NCBI GenBank assembly: GCA_018711945.1
Contig: DVHP01000100.1
Span: forward strand, 1-40,263
DNA from: Candidatus Ventrenecus avicola
GTDB taxonomy: Bacteria; Bacillota_I; Bacilli_A; RF39; UBA660
Length of the DNA stretch: 40,263 bases
Direction: 5' to 3'
The position numbers were made by a program, and so were the translations under genes. Each line of letters starts with the position of its first letter. The first letter of the stretch is position 1. Below are positions 16,739 to 24,964 of the stretch, piece after piece. The notes beneath the pieces were generated by a model. The model was not told where the DNA came from and searched no databases. It saw only the letters and a program-made list of their open reading frames with translations.

Positions 16739-18414
16739 ATTCTCTCCTTTTTTTTGCAATTTTTTCGCAGTGGACATGTGGCACATTTCTTTTTTCCACA
16801 AAAACTATTTCCGACTTCCCATAAGTATTTGTCAACTTCACTAGGTGTTAGATTTAATTGCTTTCCTGCTTTTATCCATGTGGAAGATAACTCGTGCAAT
16901 TTCTTTTTTGTGGGCTTATTTGTATCAATGATATTATTTAAATAACTAATTTCAATATCATGCCGGTCTAATGGGATAAAACTCATTTCATTATCTGAAA
17001 TTTTACATACTTTGGAGTCTATAATAACTCTGATTAAAAGTCCTCCTGTTTTTTGACCAAAACAATGGAATGATTGAATGAAAAAGTAGAGTTCTTCAAA
17101 CGAATTTAAAGTACTTATTTTATATATTAAGCTGTCAAACTTCGATAATTCTTCGGATAACTTTATCCACTTTTTGGTGGCAATATTTGGATAACGTGGA
17201 TGAATGTTTTGACATAGTAGTATTTTTAAATTATTTTCTTTTTTTTGAAAATTTTTTACAACATAATTTGGTTGGAATAGTTCTGGATGATGTAAGTATG
17301 CTTGTATCATATTTTTATGATAAGTTTCCGAACGCATTCCATAATTTAAAAGACAAGAAAAAAACATATAGGTAATCCATTCATTTGTTTTTGGAAGTAT
17401 TGTATTAGGATAACCTACATTAGCTATTTTTTGTGAGTAATTTATAAAATAGTTCTGCAATGTTTTTAAGCATAATACTGCTTTTTTATAATTTGAGACT
17501 GTGTTCATATTAAAATACGTTCTTTGTAAATCGTTGATGACTCCATTAATTAAATTTAAATCTGATGGAATAATCCAATTTACATTAGCTAATTTAAATA
17601 ACACTAAAGGAATGATAGCCCCACTTCTTGCACCATCCATCCATTTTGGATTTCCAGGCATTAATTTGTATAACTCCTCTAAAGAAATATCGTAGAATAC
17701 TTTTTCTGTTCCTTTTATATAGTCTTCTAAACTTAGCATGTATTTATGTATGTTATCGTGAAATAATGTGTTTTCTATTAAGTTAAATCCTGTTAGTAAT
17801 TCGAAACGTTCTTCGCCACCTGTAAATATTGCACAGTCATAATCGGTATCTAAGTTTAAAGAGGCACATTTTTCTTTAATGAAGTTTTCCATTTCTTCTA
17901 TAGTATTGCCACTGTAGGGATTGTTTACTTTGTCAAAATTATTTAGTAAGTCTGCAACTCCAAGCTTTAAGTTTTTGGTATCGGTAATTTTATTTTGATA
18001 AAATGTTACTAATTCTGTTGTTTTCCCACCCATATTAATAATTAATACTTTTTTTCCATTGTAATCGTTATCCATTGCTTTTCCTAAATAGTAGTTTTCA
18101 ATACCGTGAGAAATAATATTAAAATGTAAGTCAAATTTATCATTAAATAGTTTTACTAGTTCTTGTTTTTTGGAAAGAGTAAGTTCTCTAAATATTCCAG
18201 TTACATAGATATGAGTATTTTCGTATTTTAAATTGTACGTTTCTTTTAAATGTGTAAAGTAATCACATAATTCTTGCAAGTTTTCTTCACTGATGCCTTT
18301 TTCTTTGTCAAAATTATTTTTAAAATAAATAGAATGTTCTTCTAATAATGTTAGTTCTTTGTCGTATTCATAAACTTTAATTGTTGATGAACCTAAATCA
18401 ATATAGTATTCCAT
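16735..18414 (-). CDS. fusion of a Ppx/GppA-like ASKHA phosphohydrolase domain with an EndoIII-like HhH-GPD glycosylase domain carrying a Cys cluster
   Basis: N-terminus: YYIDLGSSTIKVY, IYVTGIFRE, LIINMGGKTTELV. C-terminus: HCFGQKTGGLLIRV (HhH with Lys), IPLDRHDIEIS (catalytic Asp position), FCGKKKCATCPLRKNC (C-x4-C-x2-C-x5-C). ATG at 18414 lies 8 nt after GGAG. Confidence 0.7.
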   Translation of the reverse strand: MEYYIDLGSSTIKVYEYDKELTLLEEHSIYFKNNFDKEKGISEENLQELCDYFTHLKETYNLKYENTHIYVTGIFRELTLSKKQELVKLFNDKFDLHFNIISHGIENYYLGKAMDNDYNGKKVLIINMGGKTTELVTFYQNKITDTKNLKLGVADLLNNFDKVNNPYSGNTIEEMENFIKEKCASLNLDTDYDCAIFTGGEERFELLTGFNLIENTLFHDNIHKYMLSLEDYIKGTEKVFYDISLEELYKLMPGNPKWMDGARSGAIIPLVLFKLANVNWIIPSDLNLINGVINDLQRTYFNMNTVSNYKKAVLCLKTLQNYFINYSQKIANVGYPNTILPKTNEWITYMFFSCLLNYGMRSETYHKNMIQAYLHHPELFQPNYVVKNFQKKENNLKILLCQNIHPRYPNIATKKWIKLSEELSKFDSLIYKISTLNSFEELYFFIQSFHCFGQKTGGLLIRVIIDSKVCKISDNEMSFIPLDRHDIEISYLNNIIDTNKPTKKKLHELSSTWIKAGKQLNLTPSEVDKYLWEVGNSFCGKKKCATCPLRKNCKKKERI

Positions 18415-18460
18415 AATAATCACTCCTAGTATTGTAACGCATTTCTATTTTTTTGAATAG

Positions 18461-20644
18461 TTATTTTTTTATTTGCTCTTTTAGAAAGTTTTTTCTTACT
18501 TCGATGATGTTTATGTTTGTAATGTCTGTGTCTTTGTTTTGATATGTTTCTTTTAAGTAAGTCATGAAGTTTTTTTCTAAAGCGTTTTCGTCTTTGATTT
18601 TAAATTTATTTGTTGTTAAAGCAGTTTCCATTTTTGCTCTTAGATATTTCCATGTGTCATAGTAATGTGTTTTTGTTTTTAACATAGTAAAGTTACTATC
18701 TTCTATTACAAAGCCTTCTATGTTGTTGTTTTTCCATTGATAATTTTCTTGAGTAGTTTCTTTTAAAATATCTTCTAATTCTTCATATGTTTTTGCTATG
18801 TAAGCTAATTCTTTTATTTTGATATTATTTTCTGTAGCAAACTTTTGTAGTTCTTCGTAAGGTAACTTGGAAAAATCTGGTGTATTGTGAATAAAATCTA
18901 GTAATATGATGTCTGGTTCTTGATATTCAATAATGTGTGGGTCGTTTAAAGGGTCTATGACTTCAAATACCGCGGTTAGATTTTCTTTTGCTAGTTTTTG
19001 TTTCAGTTTCTTTATCTTTGTTGGTGTTAATTTGTTATAAAATATAGTTTTAAAGTATTCTATATAATTTCCTGTATTTACCTTTTTTGAAGCAAAGAAA
19101 AATTCGTCATTCCAAACAGATAGAATTCCTAAGAAACCATTGTATTTTAAGTAGAAATGAGCAGGGAATATCATACTTTTTTTAAGGTTTTCTAATTTTG
19201 TTTCAGGACGTTCTTCAATTTTAAAGAATTTGTTATAGCTACGGGCTACGATGTGATATTTTGCAGTGTCAATAAATAAGCCTCTTGCTTGGGTGGTTAT
19301 GTTGTTCCATATTTTATTATAAAAGGCCTCTTTTGAAAAATTAAATGATGAAAGATTTTTTTCTAGTTCTTTTTCAAAAATATATTTGTTTTTTCTTAAG
19401 TCTTCTACTAAATTATATGTTGCTGTTTCTGTGATTAAATTTGGATTATAGTTATTATTTTTTATTTCTGTGTATTTTTGACTATCATTTTTTGTCAATG
19501 TTAAAACACGTAGATGACCACCATGTTCGATGTCCCCTTCGAGGTTTATAGAATAAATATATGTGTTGTATGGTAACTTTAAGTGGTTTCTATGACCATG
19601 AATTTGGTAAGTTTTTTCTTTTTGGCTCTTCATATATTCGTTATAAATTTTATCGATGTCAACATCATATTTGTCTATCCCGTATATGAATGTGTTGGTG
19701 CTATAAAAGTCTAGAGGTTTTTCTGGGATATAGGGAATTCCGCCATGAGTAATGAGATAATTTTTCCCATTAAAAGTAATGTAAGCAAGTTGGGATAGTT
19801 TTTTGATAAAACCACGTATTTCACTTTTTTTGAGTTTTTTTTGTTCAAATTCTTCAATTGTATTTTTGATATCATAATCCATTTTAAATTCATCATCACA
19901 GGCGTATTTGTATAATTTATCTTCATGATTTCCAACAAGAAATATCATATTTTTGTGTTCCATCAATTCTTTTAAATACTTAAAAGTATGGTAATTTTCG
20001 ATACCACGGTCAAAGTAATCTCCTACGAAAATGTAGAAATCTTGAGGTATTACTGGATATTTATTGAAGTACGTTTTTAAGGCAGTGTAAGAGCCATGAA
20101 TATCGCCTATAATATGAATGTTTTCATAGTTATTTAAATCTCTAGGAGTGGTTTTTGTGATAGTTTCGAAATCTTCTGGTTTAATGATGCGAAAAGAAGA
20201 GGGGATTTTTTCTTTTTTGAAAGCGGTGTATACTCTTTCGATACTTGAAGGTGGAACAATCCGAAAATCTTCTCTTTGTAAATTTCTTTTTAATACTTCT
20301 TCTTTTGGAATATCTGTAAAATCTAAGACATAGGTGTGGTAACGATATTTTTCAGCGAGCTTTTTGTATACTTTAAAAGACTCATCGACATAAGCATGAA
20401 CTGCATCGATGATCGTGAATTCTCCTTTTTTCATTCTTTCTTCTAATAACTGATATAGCAAATCCCAAACTTTTTTGTTATTATATTGTGGAATTGTTTC
20501 AGTGTAGTTAATTGTTAATTCTGGTGATGAAAACATCAGTCTTATCGTATCGGAACTTAGTGTAAATCTTTCTAGGTGATGTTCTTTAATAAAAGTGGTT
20601 TTTCCACATCCCATGGCTCCTCTTAAAATAATTAGTTTTCGCAT
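18461..20644 (-). CDS. pnkp: polynucleotide kinase-phosphatase-ligase (bacterial Pnkp architecture)
   Basis: Kinase P-loop LRGAMGCGKTTF. Metallophosphoesterase GDIHG, GDYFDRG, GNHE, THGG, HGHRN. Ligase-like KYNG (motif I), FEVIDP, EGFVIED, MLKTKT. ATG at 20644. Confidence 0.85.
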   Translation of the reverse strand: MRKLIILRGAMGCGKTTFIKEHHLERFTLSSDTIRLMFSSPELTINYTETIPQYNNKKVWDLLYQLLEERMKKGEFTIIDAVHAYVDESFKVYKKLAEKYRYHTYVLDFTDIPKEEVLKRNLQREDFRIVPPSSIERVYTAFKKEKIPSSFRIIKPEDFETITKTTPRDLNNYENIHIIGDIHGSYTALKTYFNKYPVIPQDFYIFVGDYFDRGIENYHTFKYLKELMEHKNMIFLVGNHEDKLYKYACDDEFKMDYDIKNTIEEFEQKKLKKSEIRGFIKKLSQLAYITFNGKNYLITHGGIPYIPEKPLDFYSTNTFIYGIDKYDVDIDKIYNEYMKSQKEKTYQIHGHRNHLKLPYNTYIYSINLEGDIEHGGHLRVLTLTKNDSQKYTEIKNNNYNPNLITETATYNLVEDLRKNKYIFEKELEKNLSSFNFSKEAFYNKIWNNITTQARGLFIDTAKYHIVARSYNKFFKIEERPETKLENLKKSMIFPAHFYLKYNGFLGILSVWNDEFFFASKKVNTGNYIEYFKTIFYNKLTPTKIKKLKQKLAKENLTAVFEVIDPLNDPHIIEYQEPDIILLDFIHNTPDFSKLPYEELQKFATENNIKIKELAYIAKTYEELEDILKETTQENYQWKNNNIEGFVIEDSNFTMLKTKTHYYDTWKYLRAKMETALTTNKFKIKDENALEKNFMTYLKETYQNKDTDITNINIIEVRKNFLKEQIKK

Positions 20645-20675
20645 AGCAATCACTTCCGTTTCATTGGATTTATTG

Positions 20676-20712
20676 TAACGAAAAAATGAAGAACCCTCAA
20701 GTGTTTCTTCAT
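20676..20712 (-). terminator. hairpin plus T-run between the ASCH gene and pnkp (terminator or attenuator)
   Basis: atgaagaa (20686-20693) pairs with ttcttcat (20705-20712). On the minus strand it is followed by TTTTTTCGTT. Confidence 0.5.
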
Positions 20713-20713
20713 T

Positions 20714-21124
20714 TTATAAAGATGTTTTTATTTTAATCTTGTCATTATAGTTCCATAATCCTAATTGGCCATTGATGTAGATAAGCTCGATGGTCTGGAT
20801 ATTTTCTAATTTAAATCCATAATAATTATTTTCTTTATTATTTATTTGATTTTCATAAACGATAGACTTTTTCTTTTTTAGCATAGTTTTTGCTTCTTCG
20901 TTTATTTTTATGCAATCTGTTAAGTCTGCGATACCTAGAATGCAACCGGTAGGATATTCTAAATGAAATTGTTCATATTTTTTTGTGGCGTTTTTGTCTA
21001 TTCCTTTACCTGCATGAATTAGTATTGGGCCACGATAGTTTGTCTTCCATGTGCGAAATTCATATTCTTTTAATCCTGCGATGATTAAAGAGGCAAAGGG
21101 TTGCTTGATTGTTATTACTTTCAT
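20714..21124 (-). CDS. ASCH (PUA-like) domain protein
   Basis: MKVITIKQPFASLIIAGLKEYEFRTWKTNYRGPILIHAG is an ASCH N-terminus. Confidence 0.75.
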   Translation of the reverse strand: MKVITIKQPFASLIIAGLKEYEFRTWKTNYRGPILIHAGKGIDKNATKKYEQFHLEYPTGCILGIADLTDCIKINEEAKTMLKKKKSIVYENQINNKENNYYGFKLENIQTIELIYINGQLGLWNYNDKIKIKTSL

Positions 21125-21235
21125 AGTATCACTTTCTTTTATATTTTGCTTTATTTTTCATTGATTTGTTAATTACATCTTTAATCCTTATTATCTTCCT
21201 TTTATTGGTTTTACTATTTATAGTATTAATATAAA

Positions 21236-21317
21236 AGCAATCCACCTAACTCAGCAATGATTTAGGTGGAACCAATTCGGCAACACTCAACATGCGAAAA
21301 TTAAGTGTTCCTTTTTT
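21236..21317 (+). ncRNA. candidate small RNA (or the two-hairpin 3' UTR of the minus-strand ccdA-like gene)
   Basis: TTGGTT-16 nt-TAATAT (21205-21232). Then hairpin ccacctaa/ttaggtgg (21242-21269). Then aacactcaa/ttaagtgtt (21282-21309) followed by T6. There is no plus-strand ORF nearby. Confidence 0.25.
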
Positions 21318-21376
21318 ATTTTATTCAAGGTGTCCTTGATATATTCATAGTATCATAAGATGTGCTTTTTTTCAAG

Positions 21377-22567
21377 TTATTCTTCTGTGTATTCTTTGAT
21401 ATAGTTTTCTAAATCTTCGTGGCTTACTGCACCTGGTATTTTTATTTTTACTTCGTTGTTATCAATAATAAATGTATTTGGGAATGATGATATTCCATAT
21501 TTTTTGAAGTATTCTTTAGACTCGTCAATTAATACAGGGAAACTGTAGTTATTTTCTTCAATATACTTTTTAATTTCTTCGGTGCTTGAGTTACTTAATT
21601 CAGGACTTATTAAAGTGAGTAAAATAACATCGTCTTGATAGGTATTATATATTTTTTCGATATCTTTTAATTCTTCTTTACAAATTGTACAAGACATAGA
21701 CCAGAAATTTAAGATGACTGTTTTGTCTTTGTAATCTTCTAAAGTATAAGTGTTACCAAAAATATCTTTTAAGGTAAAAGCGGGTGGAGTTGTAAGATTG
21801 ACTGACTCAATGGTTGAAGAACAATTTGACATTCCGTTTTCATCAATTGTACAACTAGAAATTTCTTTTTCAGGGATAGCTTTTATTCCATTATATATTA
21901 GTATTCCACCAATGATTATTAATAAAGCACCGCCTACTTTGATTAAGTTAGATAGAGCTTTTTGATGTTTTTTTAATAAGTTTAGAGCTTCATTTGTAAA
22001 TAATCCAAGAATTAGAAAAGGAATGATAAACCCTAATGCGTACAAGAAGACATATAAGTTACCGATTATCATACTTTCAACGCTTCCAGCCATCATAAGA
22101 ACAGATGAGAGGGCAGGACCAACGCATGGTGTCCATGCAAAACTAAATAAAAATCCTAATAGAAAAGCAAAGAATGGGTTTATTTTTTTGATGTTTAAGT
22201 TTACATTCATTTTTCTTTCTTTTTGTAAGAATTTTATTTTAATGAGCCCCATTTGAAAAAATCCTAAAATGATGATAATGATACCACATATGATTAATAA
22301 GATATGTTTGATATTTTGAAAGAATAGTCCTAATGCAGTAAAAGATAATCCTAGAATAAAGAAAGATGCAGATATTCCAAGGATAAAGAAAAATGTATGA
22401 AAGAGAGTAGTGCTTCTTTTATAGTATATAGTGCCATCTTTGTTTACCTTTTTTGCACTTCCTGCTAAATAACTCATATATAAAGGTAGGATTGGGATAA
22501 TGCATGGTGAAAAAAATGAAATAATTCCTTCTAAAAATACTGTAATAAATTGAAAACTTTCTAACAT
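21377..22567 (-). CDS. CcdA/DsbD-type membrane domain fused to a TlpA/ResA-like thioredoxin domain
   Basis: Six or more TM helices with FFSPCIIPILPLY and TPCVGP, plus a C-terminal WSMSCTICKEE (CxxC). GGAGG RBS. Confidence 0.85.
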   Translation of the reverse strand: MLESFQFITVFLEGIISFFSPCIIPILPLYMSYLAGSAKKVNKDGTIYYKRSTTLFHTFFFILGISASFFILGLSFTALGLFFQNIKHILLIICGIIIIILGFFQMGLIKIKFLQKERKMNVNLNIKKINPFFAFLLGFLFSFAWTPCVGPALSSVLMMAGSVESMIIGNLYVFLYALGFIIPFLILGLFTNEALNLLKKHQKALSNLIKVGGALLIIIGGILIYNGIKAIPEKEISSCTIDENGMSNCSSTIESVNLTTPPAFTLKDIFGNTYTLEDYKDKTVILNFWSMSCTICKEELKDIEKIYNTYQDDVILLTLISPELSNSSTEEIKKYIEENNYSFPVLIDESKEYFKKYGISSFPNTFIIDNNEVKIKIPGAVSHEDLENYIKEYTEE

Positions 22568-22709
22568 TAATGTACCTCCTAATGCCTAGGGTATTTTATC
22601 AAACTTTTTAATATTTGAAAAGATGTTATTTTAAAGATTAAGTTTACAGAGCTTGCAAGTCTTTTTTTTAATTGATATAATCTTTGGGTATGGAAAGTAG
22701 GATTTAAAT

Positions 22710-24830
22710 ATGAATAATAAAGAAGTTTTAGCAAAAAATTTAGGAATTAAAGTGTCGCAGGTAGAGGCTGTTTTATCTTTACTTAGTGAAGGTGCTACCA
22801 TTCCCTTTATTGCACGTTATAGGAAGGAAGCTACGGGTTCTTTGGATGAGGAAGTCATTCGATCTATTGAAAAAGAGTATACTTATTTAGAGAATTTGTT
22901 AAAAAGAAAAGAAGATGTCATTCGGTTGATTGAAGAAAAGGATATGATGACGGATGAGTTGAGGGCTTCTATTCTTGCTTGTGAGAAGCTTTCTGATGTC
23001 GAAGATTTGTATCGACCATTTAAAGAAAAGAAGAAAACAAAGGCTAGTGAAGCAATTAAAATGGGACTAGAGCCACTCGCTAAGAAAATGATGAGTTTTC
23101 CTACGAATGGTAGTATGGAGGTTTTGGCAAGTGGTTTTTCTTGTGACGTAGAAAAAGCGATTGAAGGAGCAAAATACATTATTGCAGAATGGATTAGTGA
23201 TAATGCTTATTATCGTAAATATATTAAAAGAGAGATATGGAACCATGGTTTTTTCACGAGTAAAATCAAGAAAAATGCGGTAGATGAAAAGCATGTTTAT
23301 CAAATGTATTATGATTTTAGTGAAGCAATTCGGTATGCGAAACATTATAGGGTTTTGGCAATGAACCGTGGAGAAAAGGAAGGAATTTTATCGGTTTCTT
23401 TGGATTTTGATAAAGAGCATATTTTAGAATATTTGGAAAGTAAGATGATTAAAAATCCTAATTCTTTTGTTTGTAATGATGTTGTTGACGCAATTAAGGA
23501 CTCTTTAAAAAGACTTATTTATCCTAGTGTTGAAAGAGAAATCCGAGCTGATTTAACGGAGAATGCAGAAAATAAAGCAATTTTGACTTTTCAAGATAAT
23601 TTGGAACATTTACTTATGACAAAGCCTGTTAAAGATAAGGTGGTTCTTGGTTTTGACCCAGCATTTCGTACGGGATGTAAGCTTGCTGTGTTAAATCCAT
23701 ATGGAAATGTGTTAGAAATTGCTACGATTTATCCACATGAACCTAAGAATGAAAAAGAAAAGAGTAAAGAAGTGTTAAAATCTTTGATAGAGAAGTATGG
23801 AGTACAAATTATCGCGATTGGTAATGGAACTGCTTCTCGGGAGAGTGAAGCTTTTGTAGCTGATGCGATTAGTGGAACTCCTGTGTTATATAATTTAGTT
23901 AGTGAAGCAGGAGCAAGTGTTTATTCGGCAAGTCCATTGGCTATTAAAGAATTTCCTGATTTAACGGTAGAAAAAAGAAGTGCGATTTCGATTGGTCGAA
24001 GAGTTCAAGATCCTTTATCAGAACTTGTAAAAATTGATCCGAAAAGTATTGGCGTTGGCGAGTATCAACACGATGTGAACCAGAAAGAATTAGCTGAAGC
24101 TTTAGGATTTACTGTTTCTAAAATTGTCAATGAAATTGGTGTCAATATTAATACAGCAAGTAGTAGTATTTTAAGTTATATTTCAGGACTTACTAAAAAA
24201 ACGATTGATAGTATTTTGAAATTCCGGGAGAAAAAGCCTTTTGTTTCTCGGGAAGAAGTAAAGAGTTTAGCCGGATTTAGTGATAAAGTGTATGAACAAT
24301 CTATTGGATTTTTGAGAATTGTGGATGGAGAAAATCCTTTGGATAAGACAAGAATTCACCCCGAAAGTTATGCACTTGCTGCTGCTTTATTAGGGGAGTT
24401 AAATTTAGATATTCATGATTTAGGAAGTGAAAAGTTTACATCTGTTTTAAGTCAAGTAGATGTTTCTGATATGTCAAAGAAACTTGCTACGGATGTTTAT
24501 ACTTTACAAGATATTATTGATGAGTTAAATCATCCGGGACAAGATTATCGTGATAAGTTAGATGATATTGTTTTAAAGAGCGATGTTTTAACCATTGATG
24601 ATTTAAAACTTGGTATGGAATTAAAAGGTACGGTTCGTAATGTGACAAGTTTTGGAGCTTTTGTTGACATAGGATTGCATGATGATGGACTTGTTCATAT
24701 TTCTAAAATGAGTAAACAATATGTCAAGAACCCAAACGATGTTGTCAGTGTTGGAGATATTGTTACAGTTTATGTTTGTGGAATTGATAAAGAGAAAGAA
24801 AAAGTACAGTTATCGATGGTAAAAGAATAA
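22710..24830 (+). CDS. tex: Tex-like transcription accessory protein (YqgF/HhH/S1 domains)
   Basis: 706 aa. N-terminus has IPFIARYRKEATGSLDE, and the C-terminal S1 domain has GTVRNVTSFGAFVDIGLHDDGLVHISKMS. Confidence 0.9.
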   Translation: MNNKEVLAKNLGIKVSQVEAVLSLLSEGATIPFIARYRKEATGSLDEEVIRSIEKEYTYLENLLKRKEDVIRLIEEKDMMTDELRASILACEKLSDVEDLYRPFKEKKKTKASEAIKMGLEPLAKKMMSFPTNGSMEVLASGFSCDVEKAIEGAKYIIAEWISDNAYYRKYIKREIWNHGFFTSKIKKNAVDEKHVYQMYYDFSEAIRYAKHYRVLAMNRGEKEGILSVSLDFDKEHILEYLESKMIKNPNSFVCNDVVDAIKDSLKRLIYPSVEREIRADLTENAENKAILTFQDNLEHLLMTKPVKDKVVLGFDPAFRTGCKLAVLNPYGNVLEIATIYPHEPKNEKEKSKEVLKSLIEKYGVQIIAIGNGTASRESEAFVADAISGTPVLYNLVSEAGASVYSASPLAIKEFPDLTVEKRSAISIGRRVQDPLSELVKIDPKSIGVGEYQHDVNQKELAEALGFTVSKIVNEIGVNINTASSSILSYISGLTKKTIDSILKFREKKPFVSREEVKSLAGFSDKVYEQSIGFLRIVDGENPLDKTRIHPESYALAAALLGELNLDIHDLGSEKFTSVLSQVDVSDMSKKLATDVYTLQDIIDELNHPGQDYRDKLDDIVLKSDVLTIDDLKLGMELKGTVRNVTSFGAFVDIGLHDDGLVHISKMSKQYVKNPNDVVSVGDIVTVYVCGIDKEKEKVQLSMVKE

Positions 24831-24833
24831 AAA

Positions 24834-24871
24834 AGGCACTGGCTTTTAAAAATTCAGTGCTTTTTTCTTTT
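24834..24871 (+). terminator. intrinsic terminator after tex
   Basis: ggcactg...cagtgc followed by TTTTTTCTTTT. Confidence 0.75.
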
Positions 24872-24964
24872 GAAATATTGTTTTATCTCTTAATGGGACG
24901 GTTACTTTACCTTTTATTTTTCTAAAAAAAAGGGTATAATAAATGAATAAGTGGAGGTGGCATT

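Noticed and set aside
18405-18430. 20-nt near-identity between the start regions of 16735-18414 and 39154-39582 (GGAGTGATTAT(T/A)ATGGAATA)
   Set aside because: It covers only the SD, spacer and first three codons, and the flanks are unrelated. It was judged to be coincidence or convergent translation-initiation context rather than a mobile repeat.
22883-23345. Antisense 'shadow' ORFs inside long genes. Besides this one they include 2114-2326, 4086-4352, 4504-4818, 8732-8980, 9349-9624, 11522-11722, 11872-12177, 14001-14216, 15009-15227, 15417-15605, 16449-16682, 16712-16945, 17187-17375, 17501-17695, 19711-19938, 20148-20333, 21750-21965, 22023-22256, 24914-25138, 27576-27869, 28195-28546, 29216-29452, 29907-30092, 32045-32269, 32869-33069, 33727-33924, 36881-37138 and 38789-39007.
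   Set aside because: Each lies opposite or out of frame within a longer ORF with recognisable motifs. Their translations are low-complexity (F/I/L/K/N-rich), as expected from AT-rich antisense frames.
24872-24964. T-box or other leader upstream of asnB
   Set aside because: The spacer is under 100 nt and contains only a promoter-like TATAAT and an RBS. This is too short for a T-box.
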